Assembly: GCA_963976865.1 (NCBI GenBank)
Contig: CAXBLY010000001.1
Location: 671,224 to 735,223 of the forward strand
Reading direction: 5' to 3'
DNA length: 64,000 nt
From: an uncultured Gammaproteobacteria bacterium
GTDB lineage: Bacteria; Pseudomonadota; Gammaproteobacteria; UBA4575
Shown: positions 47,335 to 56,142 of the stretch, piece after piece
Layout of the letters: each line of letters opens with the position of its first letter
Numbering within the stretch: the first letter of the stretch is position 1
Program-made: the position numbers and the translations under genes
Notes under the pieces: model-generated
Seen by the model: only the letters and a program-made list of their open reading frames with translations
Told to the model about the DNA's origin: nothing
Databases searched by the model: none

Positions 47335-50300
47335 ATGCGAAGGATTGCAAATACAAGTATGGCTTGCATACATAACGAGTGTATGCAGATAGATCAGGCG
47401 CCAAAGTCTGATGATCGTCTGTGGATGCAGCTTGTCCTTGTATTGAATTTACTGATACTAATTATACTAAATACAGTGTTTTCAGTGGCGTATGCGGTAC
47501 CACCAGGGACTGTCATTACTAATACGGCTGTTGCCAATTTCGAAATAGCATCAGTGCCACAATCACGCTTTTCTAATTCTGTTGATGTCACGACAACTGT
47601 CAATCTCAGTCCTGCAACAATCTCTTTTTTACAGTATTCACCAACAGGAGCAGGATCAACGCCTACCAACTCATCTCCAACGGGATGCAGCAGCAGTGGC
47701 GAAAGTGGGCCTTTTGTACCTTTAGCTAACCCAACTTTCCCGGGTACGGGCGTGTTGAATGTTGCTAGTCCTGTTGATCTGGCCCCTGCGAATAGTTATC
47801 ACCAGGGAGAACCTGTTTTCATTAGAGTCAATGATGCGAATAGAAATTTAAACAGTGCCATCCGGGACACGCTGGTAGTCACAATCAGATCGACGAATAT
47901 CGGGGATCTTGAAGTTTTGGAATTATATGAAACTGATGTTAATACGGGCGAGTTTGTAGGCTTTATACAAACAGTAACAACACCAGTAACCCCTAATGAC
48001 TGTGTGCTGGCAGTTGTTACGAATGGGTTGATCGAGGTCAGTTATACAGATATTTATGACAATACCGACACAGTGAGTACAAATGTCTTGGTTGATCCGT
48101 TTGGTATCGTATTTAATAGTTCAACAGGTGCTCCTGTGAATGGAATATCTGTGACACTGATCAACACAGTTACAAATTTACCTGCCGCGGTGTTTGGAGA
48201 CGACCTGGTAAGTGCCTATCCGTCTACTGTAATAACGGGATCTAGCGTGACGGATGCCGGGGGTACTGTATATAACTTTGGGTCTGGCGAGTATCGCTTT
48301 CCATCTGTTGCACCCGGTACTTATCGCCTGCAAATTGATAATGATACATTTGTTGCTCCATCAACAATATCGATAGCGCAGTTACAGGCATTACCAAATG
48401 CACCATTTGCGCTGGACGCAAATGCCTCATATGGACAGAATTTTACATTGGTAGTGGGTCCGCCACTGAATGTGGATATACCTGTTGATCCTGTTGAAGA
48501 CGTGTTGTTTGTTACTAAAAATGCTTCTAAAGATGAAGTTGCGATCGGTGATTTCATGCAATATGAAATTATTGTCGCGAATAATCGACTATCGAATGTT
48601 GCTGCAAATGCAGTATTGACTGACACATTGCCGACTGGGTTTCGATTTCAGCAAGACTCGTTACAGATAGGGGGAAGCTACGTTGCTGACCCTGTCATAT
48701 CTTCAGATGGTCGCACGATGTCAGTTTCGCTAGGTGATATTGCTGCATCAAACACGGTGACGGCAAGGTATGTCGTTGAAATTACTTCAGGCGCAGCATT
48801 TGGCACTGCGATAAACTCGGCACAGGTTAGTGATGCAGCAAACGTCTCATCAAATGTTGCGCAAGCGGCTGTACAGGTGATTGATGATTTACTAGGCACA
48901 CGAAGTTTCCTGATAGGAACAGTTGCACAGAATGCATGTCAGGAACCTGGAAAGAATTATAGTGAAATAAATTACACTCTGAAGAGCAAGTATCAGGGCA
49001 ATGAATTCATACATACTCTCGAAATCAGTCCGTCAGGTGATTTTAATGAAATGCTGGACGTTGAAGTGCAGCTTCCCAGACTGCTGACCTACAAACCTTC
49101 ATCGAGCAGGCTGAATGGAAATATTTATAATGATCCATTATCGCAAGCAGAAACATTATTGTTTACAGTCAAGCCTGGTCGCGCTAAACAGGTGCTGAGT
49201 TTCAGTACAATTGGTGATGCTGAATATACAGGCAGGTTTGAAATAAAGGCAAGGCTGCTGTCAGATAAAAAGCGCAGAGCAAATGCCAGCAGCGGATGGG
49301 CTTTGAATATCTATAAGGCCGATGGCGATATATCCATATTAGAACCTGTAAGTAGCGAAACAACATTGAAGTTATCACCGTCCAGTGTTGCAAAAGGTGT
49401 TTCAAATATTCGTTTGTTCCTCGAAGATGGGAGATATGTGCTCACAGATGATCGAGGCATGTATCACTTTGAAGCGATAGAGCCTGGTACCCACGTAGTT
49501 CAGTTAGATCCTGAAAGTATTCCCGAGCATCTGGAAATACACGAATGTATTGGCAATACCAGAATTGCAGAAGCTAAATATTCACAGTTCGTTGATATAC
49601 AGCCGGGTCTGCTATGGCGTGCAAATTTTTATTTGCGTGAAAAGCAGCCTGAAACGAAAACGATTCACATGCGGTTAACGAGTGATATGAGTGGTGATGA
49701 TATCGCATATAAATTAGCGCTAGAAGGCAAGTTTGATGGTTTGAATAATGTACGCGCTACAATTGTATTGCCAGACGGAATTGAATATATACCGGGAAGT
49801 TCATCATTAAACGGAGTGGCGGGAACTGAGCCAGGAAATACGTTTGGTTCGCTAACATATCGACTGGCTGAGCTGCTTTCAAAAGATAACAATAACGTCA
49901 TTCGTTTCAAAGCGGCTGGAACACCTCTTGCACAAGGTGAAATAAGTGCTCAGGCATTGATTACATACGATGTTGGCGAACTGAAAAATCAGCGACTAAA
50001 CGCAGTGACTAATACACTGTTACATCAAAAGGAGCGTTCCAGGCAGAATAAGTATGTGTTGAGGTCAAATTTTAACTCGCTCTCTGCGCAGTTGAATATG
50101 AAAGGGCTCAATGATCTTGAAGAGCTGATATCAAACGTGAGCAAACATAAGGTAAATAAAATACAGATAACAGGACATACAGATAATCAGCCTATCCGGA
50201 CTGGATATCAAAATGTGTACTCAGATAATCAGGCTTTATCAGAATCAAGAGCGTCGGCAGTCGCTGATTATTTGCGAAGCGCGCTGAAATTAACAGATGA

Positions 50301-53300
50301 ACAGGTTCATGTAAGAGGTGTGGGTGATTCAATTCCGATTGCGGATAACTCAAGCAGTAATGGCCGAGCAATGAATCGTCGCGTGGAAGTAACAATTAAC
50401 AGTCTGGAAGTGACGAGAGAAAAGCAATTTGAAGTATTAGGCAAGAAGAGTGGAGAAAGCTCAACGGTTGTCACTACTGTGCCCACGCCAGTGTCAGATT
50501 TGGAAAACAAATTGCCTGAAATTAATATTAATAGAGCGCCTGATTACAATAAAGCCTGGCTGGACAGGGCTGACAATACACTGGAGTGGTTATTACCGTT
50601 GGAAAACGCCAATCCTGAAATACCTTCTGTTGATATAGCAGTAAAGCATGCGAGAGGACATAAGATTGTATTGAAATTAAATGGAGAAAAAGTCAGTGCT
50701 CTGAATATAGATAGTAAATTATTTAGCACAGATAATCAGCGCGTGATTTCAAGCTGGCGGGGTGTTGATATTATAGAAGGTGATAACATGCTTGAAGCCA
50801 TCACTTACGACACTAATGATATCGAGCAGGATAGAATTCAAAGAAACCTGCATTTATCAGGGCAACCTGTGAGAGCTGAACTGCTGCCAGAATATTCCCG
50901 ACTACAGGCTAATGGTCGTAGCCCAATTATAATAGCGATTAAATTTTATGATCGTTGGGATTATCCAGCGCGACCAGGTATTGTAGGTTCATATCAGCTT
51001 TCACCAGAATATACTGATGCAGCTCTAAAAGAACAGCTCGACAAGCAACCATTAAATAGTCTTCTCCAAGGGCGCACCAGATATAAAATCGCCGCGGGTG
51101 GAATAGCATATATTGAGCTGGAGCCGAGTTCGCGCAGCGGTAAAGCGGTATTGGATTTTGAGTTTATAGATAACCGCAAACAGACAATCTCCGCATGGTT
51201 AACTGCATCGCAGAGAGAATGGATACTGGTCGGTTTAGCGGAAGGTACAGCTGGTTATAATAAGGTCTCCGGAAATGCGCAGGCGCTTGATGATCATCAA
51301 CACGAAGATGATTTATATGAAGATGGCAGACTGGCTTTTTATGGAAAAGGTAAAGTTAAAGGTGAATGGTTGTTAACACTTGCTTATGACTCGGAACGCA
51401 AAGAAAGAAATTCATCTGAGCGACTGTTCCAGACTATTGATCCAGATGAATACTATAGTTTATACGGTGATGCGACGGAGCAGCAATTTGACGCAGCAAG
51501 TTCACGTAAACTGTATTTGAAGATAGAGAAACAACAGTTTTATGCATTGTTTGGCGATTTCAACACTGATTTAACCGTGACTGAATTAGCTCGTTACAGT
51601 CGTAGTATGACGGGTGTTAAGAGTGAGTTTGAAGGTGAACATTACGGCTATAACGCATTTGCAGCTGATACTGATCAGGTATTTGCGCGAGATGAAATTC
51701 AGGGTAATGGCACATCAGGGCTGTACCGTTTATCGAACACGGGAATTATTGTTAATAGTGAAAAGGTGCGACTGGAAACACGTGATAGATTTCAGCCTCA
51801 GAGAGTAATATCGGAACAGGGACTGAGCCAGTTCCTGGATTATAGTATTGATACTGTTAACGGGACACTATTCTTTAAGCAACCTGTTCAAAGCAGAGAT
51901 GATGACTTTAACCCTGTTTATATTGTTGTCGAATATGAAGTGTCTGGCGCTAACGATCGTCAGGTTACCGCAGGTGGACGTGCCAACATTTTCAGCAAAG
52001 ACAAGAGGATGGAATTAGGACTAAGCGGTGTGAAGCAGGGCGATACGAATACGGAAGGGAATCTGATTGGTGTGGATGCTAGATACCAAATCTCCAGCCA
52101 CACCGAGTTTCAAGTGGAAGCTGCTGTGAGCAAAACAACTGTAGATAATAATACACGTAATGGAACCGCATACCTTGCAGAGTTACAACATGCATCGGAA
52201 CGTGCAGATGCGAACGTCTATTTTCGACGCCAGGCGACCTCGTTTGGACTGGAACAGCAGAGTGCGAACAATGATGGTAGCAAACGATATGGGGTAGATG
52301 CTCGCTATAAAGTGAATGATAGTGTGAACATCAATAGTGAAATTTACCGTGATGAAGTGCTTGCCAATGATAATAAACGCACAGTCGCTGCATTAGAGCT
52401 TGAGAAATCACTAAAGCAATATGAAGTGGCAGCGGGTGTTGCATATGCGAATGACAAAATTGAGGACCAGGATAATAATGATTCAGTACTGGCAACAGGG
52501 CGTGCAGCCAGATATCTGATAGAAAATAAATTAAAAGTGCGTGCAGATGCGGAAATAGAGGTTACCAATGATAATTCTGTCGATCACCCAAGTAGATTAA
52601 TTGGTGGGGCTGATTACCGCCTGAATCAGGCAACTGAATTGTTTGCAGAGCATGAATATACACAGGGAGAAGATCAGGATACAAATACCACCAGAGTGGG
52701 CACGCGTGTAACGCCATGGAATCAAGCCACCATTAACTCTTCAGTAGAACAGCAGTTTAATGAAGATGGCGAGCGTCTCTTTGGCAATCTGGGTCTTGTT
52801 CAGGGCTGGCAATATAATGATAATTTCCAGCTGGACTTTAGTATTGACCGGTCTCATACATTTCGAGATCCGGGTGGGCAAGCATTTAACAGTAATGCTG
52901 CACTCTCTTCCGGAACAGTGACTGATGATTTTACGGCAGCATCGGTGGGTGCAAACTACGTAGAAGATACATGGTCATCATCTTCGCGTGCAGAATATCG
53001 TACGAGTGATGCTGATATTCAGCGCAGTCTGTTTATTGGATATTTTAGAGAGCAGAACACAGGATTTGGTATGTCTCTGGATATGCAGGTATTTGATACT
53101 GATCGACGCAGCGGTTCAGATGAAACCCTGGCCGAGATTAACTATTCAGTTGCATACAGGCCAGATAGCAGTGCATGGACGATATTGAATCGATTTGATC
53201 TTGAATACGATAGTGCGAATAGCGATGATTCCAGTATTCGTACCAGAAAAGCGGTTAATAATCTTAATTTAAACTACACAGTTGATGGTAAACACCAGTT

Positions 53301-53649
53301 TGGTGCTCACTGGGGAATTAAATATACGCTGGATAATATCGATAACGAAGAATACGATGGTGTCACACAATTGCTGGGATTCCAGTACCTGTATGATTTG
53401 CATAAGCGAGTAGACTTGTCGTTACATGGGGATGTGCTGTATTCAAGTAATACCGATAATTATAGATACTCGCTCGGTCCTGCTATCGGTCTCAATGTCT
53501 TTAAGAATATGTGGCTAAGCGTAGGCTATAATATAGATGGATTTGAAGATGAAGACTTTTCTGCTGCTGAGTACACAGCGAATGGTCCTTATGTGAAAAT
53601 GCGTTTCAAGTTTGATAAAAGTACAGTTAAGGGTCTGTTAAACAGGTAA
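47335..53649 (+). CDS. Very large DUF11/OmpA-C domain protein with a predicted C-terminal outer-membrane beta-barrel
   Basis: Complete DUF11; GHTD...NQALSE.RA..V...NRRVEV OmpA motif (~50065-50400); long amphipathic beta-strand C-terminal half; start uncertain. Confidence 0.82.
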   Translation: MRRIANTSMACIHNECMQIDQAPKSDDRLWMQLVLVLNLLILIILNTVFSVAYAVPPGTVITNTAVANFEIASVPQSRFSNSVDVTTTVNLSPATISFLQYSPTGAGSTPTNSSPTGCSSSGESGPFVPLANPTFPGTGVLNVASPVDLAPANSYHQGEPVFIRVNDANRNLNSAIRDTLVVTIRSTNIGDLEVLELYETDVNTGEFVGFIQTVTTPVTPNDCVLAVVTNGLIEVSYTDIYDNTDTVSTNVLVDPFGIVFNSSTGAPVNGISVTLINTVTNLPAAVFGDDLVSAYPSTVITGSSVTDAGGTVYNFGSGEYRFPSVAPGTYRLQIDNDTFVAPSTISIAQLQALPNAPFALDANASYGQNFTLVVGPPLNVDIPVDPVEDVLFVTKNASKDEVAIGDFMQYEIIVANNRLSNVAANAVLTDTLPTGFRFQQDSLQIGGSYVADPVISSDGRTMSVSLGDIAASNTVTARYVVEITSGAAFGTAINSAQVSDAANVSSNVAQAAVQVIDDLLGTRSFLIGTVAQNACQEPGKNYSEINYTLKSKYQGNEFIHTLEISPSGDFNEMLDVEVQLPRLLTYKPSSSRLNGNIYNDPLSQAETLLFTVKPGRAKQVLSFSTIGDAEYTGRFEIKARLLSDKKRRANASSGWALNIYKADGDISILEPVSSETTLKLSPSSVAKGVSNIRLFLEDGRYVLTDDRGMYHFEAIEPGTHVVQLDPESIPEHLEIHECIGNTRIAEAKYSQFVDIQPGLLWRANFYLREKQPETKTIHMRLTSDMSGDDIAYKLALEGKFDGLNNVRATIVLPDGIEYIPGSSSLNGVAGTEPGNTFGSLTYRLAELLSKDNNNVIRFKAAGTPLAQGEISAQALITYDVGELKNQRLNAVTNTLLHQKERSRQNKYVLRSNFNSLSAQLNMKGLNDLEELISNVSKHKVNKIQITGHTDNQPIRTGYQNVYSDNQALSESRASAVADYLRSALKLTDEQVHVRGVGDSIPIADNSSSNGRAMNRRVEVTINSLEVTREKQFEVLGKKSGESSTVVTTVPTPVSDLENKLPEININRAPDYNKAWLDRADNTLEWLLPLENANPEIPSVDIAVKHARGHKIVLKLNGEKVSALNIDSKLFSTDNQRVISSWRGVDIIEGDNMLEAITYDTNDIEQDRIQRNLHLSGQPVRAELLPEYSRLQANGRSPIIIAIKFYDRWDYPARPGIVGSYQLSPEYTDAALKEQLDKQPLNSLLQGRTRYKIAAGGIAYIELEPSSRSGKAVLDFEFIDNRKQTISAWLTASQREWILVGLAEGTAGYNKVSGNAQALDDHQHEDDLYEDGRLAFYGKGKVKGEWLLTLAYDSERKERNSSERLFQTIDPDEYYSLYGDATEQQFDAASSRKLYLKIEKQQFYALFGDFNTDLTVTELARYSRSMTGVKSEFEGEHYGYNAFAADTDQVFARDEIQGNGTSGLYRLSNTGIIVNSEKVRLETRDRFQPQRVISEQGLSQFLDYSIDTVNGTLFFKQPVQSRDDDFNPVYIVVEYEVSGANDRQVTAGGRANIFSKDKRMELGLSGVKQGDTNTEGNLIGVDARYQISSHTEFQVEAAVSKTTVDNNTRNGTAYLAELQHASERADANVYFRRQATSFGLEQQSANNDGSKRYGVDARYKVNDSVNINSEIYRDEVLANDNKRTVAALELEKSLKQYEVAAGVAYANDKIEDQDNNDSVLATGRAARYLIENKLKVRADAEIEVTNDNSVDHPSRLIGGADYRLNQATELFAEHEYTQGEDQDTNTTRVGTRVTPWNQATINSSVEQQFNEDGERLFGNLGLVQGWQYNDNFQLDFSIDRSHTFRDPGGQAFNSNAALSSGTVTDDFTAASVGANYVEDTWSSSSRAEYRTSDADIQRSLFIGYFREQNTGFGMSLDMQVFDTDRRSGSDETLAEINYSVAYRPDSSAWTILNRFDLEYDSANSDDSSIRTRKAVNNLNLNYTVDGKHQFGAHWGIKYTLDNIDNEEYDGVTQLLGFQYLYDLHKRVDLSLHGDVLYSSNTDNYRYSLGPAIGLNVFKNMWLSVGYNIDGFEDEDFSAAEYTANGPYVKMRFKFDKSTVKGLLNR

Positions 53650-53693
53650 CTATTACGGTTAGGATTCTTGCTGTTGTTTTTAGGAGAAACATA

Positions 53694-53942
53694 GTGGGAT
53701 TTTTTACATCGATTATTTTAGGTCTGCTGGTGGGTGCACTTGCCAAGTGGATTATGCCGGGCAAAGATCCTGGTGGTCTGTTTGTCACTATGGTGCTAGG
53801 TATTGCGGGTGCCATGATTGGTGGATTTATTGGTAATCAATTAGGTGTAGGGAGTGTCACAGGATTTAATCTGCCAAGTATTGGCCTGGCGACACTGGGT
53901 GCGATTATTCTGTTAATCATTTATCGTGTATTGACGAAATAG
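53694..53942 (+). CDS. GlsB/YeaQ/YmgE (transglycosylase-associated) membrane protein
   Basis: GLLVGALAKWIMPG.DPGG, LGIAGA.IGG. Confidence 0.9.
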   Translation: MGFFTSIILGLLVGALAKWIMPGKDPGGLFVTMVLGIAGAMIGGFIGNQLGVGSVTGFNLPSIGLATLGAIILLIIYRVLTK

Positions 53943-53946
53943 GCAA

Positions 53947-54807
53947 GTGTATAAACCTGGTACATTACTGTTCATACTTATCATTGTATTCACGCAGTCA
54001 TCTGTCGCCGATGGTTTAAGTAATCAAAGTAAAAAATTTACGCCACCATCAAAGATCAGCAAGTCTGACTGGTCTGATCTTAACGAAATTAAGCGTACCT
54101 GGGATTCTGCTTTAGTGCGTATCCCGAAATCTAACGGATATTATTCAAGCCATATTATGAGTCATTTGACTCAGCAACCAGACGCTAACTTGAAGACATT
54201 CCCAACCGTTATCTATTTGCATGGCTGCGCAGGCGTCTGGGAAGGAACATATACGAGGATAAACTTTTTGGCCAGATCCGGGTTTGCAGTGATTGCACCG
54301 GTTAGCTTTGCAAGAGCCAAATATCCTCAATCATGTGATCCTGCAAGTGCAAAAGGCGGCATGTATCGAGGCACACTAAGTATGAGACAAAATGATGCCG
54401 GCTATGCAATTGCCAAAGCCAGGCAACTTGACTGGGTGGATAACAATAATGTCTTTTTAATGGGGCATAGCCAGGGTGGTATCACCACCGCTACATTTAA
54501 ACCAGCAGATGAGACAATGTCAGTGAATGCCCGAATTATTGAAGGATGGACATGTCATGCTGGCTGGAGTGAATATCGGGGAATCAATGCACCTGACAAT
54601 GAACCGGTACTAGCCATAGTGGCGAGCAATGATCCATGGTTCCAGAATCACTGGACGAGAGGCAGTTGTAGCACATTTATCAAGAAAGAGAATGGGAGTC
54701 GTTCTATCGTGTTGTCTGAGGGTGAATTAAATGCGAGCCACGAGTTGCTCGAAGATCAGAATCTGCAAAAAATAGTCATAGATTTCATGCATACTCATAT
54801 GCGCTAA
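53947..54807 (+). CDS. Secreted alpha/beta hydrolase (dienelactone hydrolase-like)
   Basis: YLHGCAG, GHSQGG, NDPWF. Confidence 0.82.
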   Translation: MYKPGTLLFILIIVFTQSSVADGLSNQSKKFTPPSKISKSDWSDLNEIKRTWDSALVRIPKSNGYYSSHIMSHLTQQPDANLKTFPTVIYLHGCAGVWEGTYTRINFLARSGFAVIAPVSFARAKYPQSCDPASAKGGMYRGTLSMRQNDAGYAIAKARQLDWVDNNNVFLMGHSQGGITTATFKPADETMSVNARIIEGWTCHAGWSEYRGINAPDNEPVLAIVASNDPWFQNHWTRGSCSTFIKKENGSRSIVLSEGELNASHELLEDQNLQKIVIDFMHTHMR

Positions 54808-54903
54808 TTTTTGTGATGCAGTTATCATTTTAAACCGTCAGCACTAAAGTATTAGTGAAGCTGGCAGCTATCTGTTTAAAGTTGCCAGTCTCTAAGGATA
54901 GTT

Positions 54904-55131
54904 ATGTCAGATTCCATTTTGCAAGCAGGGCTTCAGGGTGTTCGTAGTGGTATTGATCAATTTGGGCGTGCCGCAGGGCAGGTAGCTGCTGCACCGGTTG
55001 CAGAATCATCCTCTAACAGCGTCGATGGCTTGATAGAAGTTAAGCAGGCGCAGCAAACAATTCAGGCGTCAGCAGCCGTAATTAAGGTCGCCGATGAAAC
55101 GCTTGGGTCTTTACTTGACGAGACCGCATAA
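54904..55131 (+). CDS. Small hypothetical protein resembling flagellar rod/hook terminal helices
   Basis: GLQG; ASAAVIKVADETLGSLLD. Confidence 0.6.
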   Translation: MSDSILQAGLQGVRSGIDQFGRAAGQVAAAPVAESSSNSVDGLIEVKQAQQTIQASAAVIKVADETLGSLLDETA

Positions 55132-55133
55132 AT

Positions 55134-55445
55134 TTACTGTTGAGTGTCCGCGTTAATAATCACCGTATGCTGCTCCAGCGCTCCTTTTCGGGTGAACGCT
55201 TCCTCAGGCATTGGATTCTGATGCGCTAATTTAAAATCCTCACTGCCTACCCAGTTTTTAAAGGCGGCCTGGTCTTGCCATTCTGTATACACAACATAGG
55301 GCGTGTCATCAGATTGCGGTTTTAATATCTGCATACGCTTAAAGCCAGGCTGCTTATCTATTTGACCGGCACGTTTCTGAAATCGTGTTTCAAATTCATT
55401 ATGCCAGTCAGGGTGGACAAACACTCGATTCGTTACTACAAACAT
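55134..55445 (-). CDS. Antibiotic biosynthesis monooxygenase (IsdG-like) protein
   Basis: VTNR, FE.RF..R, PGF, W..SEDF..AH. Confidence 0.85.
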   Translation of the reverse strand: MFVVTNRVFVHPDWHNEFETRFQKRAGQIDKQPGFKRMQILKPQSDDTPYVVYTEWQDQAAFKNWVGSEDFKLAHQNPMPEEAFTRKGALEQHTVIINADTQQ

Positions 55446-55520
55446 TATAAATAATCCCTAGTAAAATTAATAACTTAGTATTTTAATAGTGTCTCGGATT
55501 AACACAAGTGAAATCAGCGC

Positions 55521-55549
55521 TTGATAATGAGTGAGTACTCACTTACGAT
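55521..55549 (+). promoter_or_regulatory. Sigma-70 promoter with a TetR operator in the spacer
   Basis: TTGATA-N17-TACGAT; perfect palindrome AGTGAGTACTCACT at 55530-55543. Confidence 0.7.
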
Positions 55550-55577
55550 ATGATCATCGATTCAGGGCGGTACAGAT

Positions 55578-56141
55578 GTGAGTACTCGAGACAAAATAGT
55601 TAAATCAGCGGTGACATTGTTTATACAACAGGGCGTGGCAAAAACAACGACCAAACAAATTGCACACTCAGCATCAGTGGCCGAGGGATCGATATATCGC
55701 TATTTCCCAAGTAAAGAAGAACTCGCGTGGCAGGTCTTTAAAAATTACCATCAATATCTGGCAATCCAGTTACAGGATGCAGCATCACAGGCACTGGATA
55801 TTGAAGGAAAAATAAACTCTCTGGTGAACTGTTTTTTAAAACTGGCAGATGATGACTGGCTAATGTTTAGATACTACCTGACGTCACAACACACTCATAT
55901 GGAAAAAGTCACTGAAGATATGCTAACGCCGTATCAGGTGCTGAGTGATGTAATAAAACAAAGTGCAGAGACAGGGGAGATAAAAAAGGACGATATCAAT
56001 CTGCTAACAGCAATGATGATGGGTGCCGTGCATCAGATTGCAATCAATAAGATTTATTCAAGAATTAATGGCGAGTTGTATGTGCATCGCAAATTTGTGT
56101 CAAACACACTGGTAACCATGCTTAAAGACAAGAGAATATAA
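55578..56141 (+). CDS. TetR/AcrR family regulator
   Basis: TT.QIA..ASVAEGSIYRYFPSKEEL. Confidence 0.92.
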   Translation: MSTRDKIVKSAVTLFIQQGVAKTTTKQIAHSASVAEGSIYRYFPSKEELAWQVFKNYHQYLAIQLQDAASQALDIEGKINSLVNCFLKLADDDWLMFRYYLTSQHTHMEKVTEDMLTPYQVLSDVIKQSAETGEIKKDDINLLTAMMMGAVHQIAINKIYSRINGELYVHRKFVSNTLVTMLKDKRI

Positions 56142-56142
56142 A

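Noticed and set aside
54845-54871. Possible sigma-28 promoter (TAAAGT...GCAGCTAT) before the 54904 gene
   Set aside because: The -10 element matches only 5 of 8 consensus positions.
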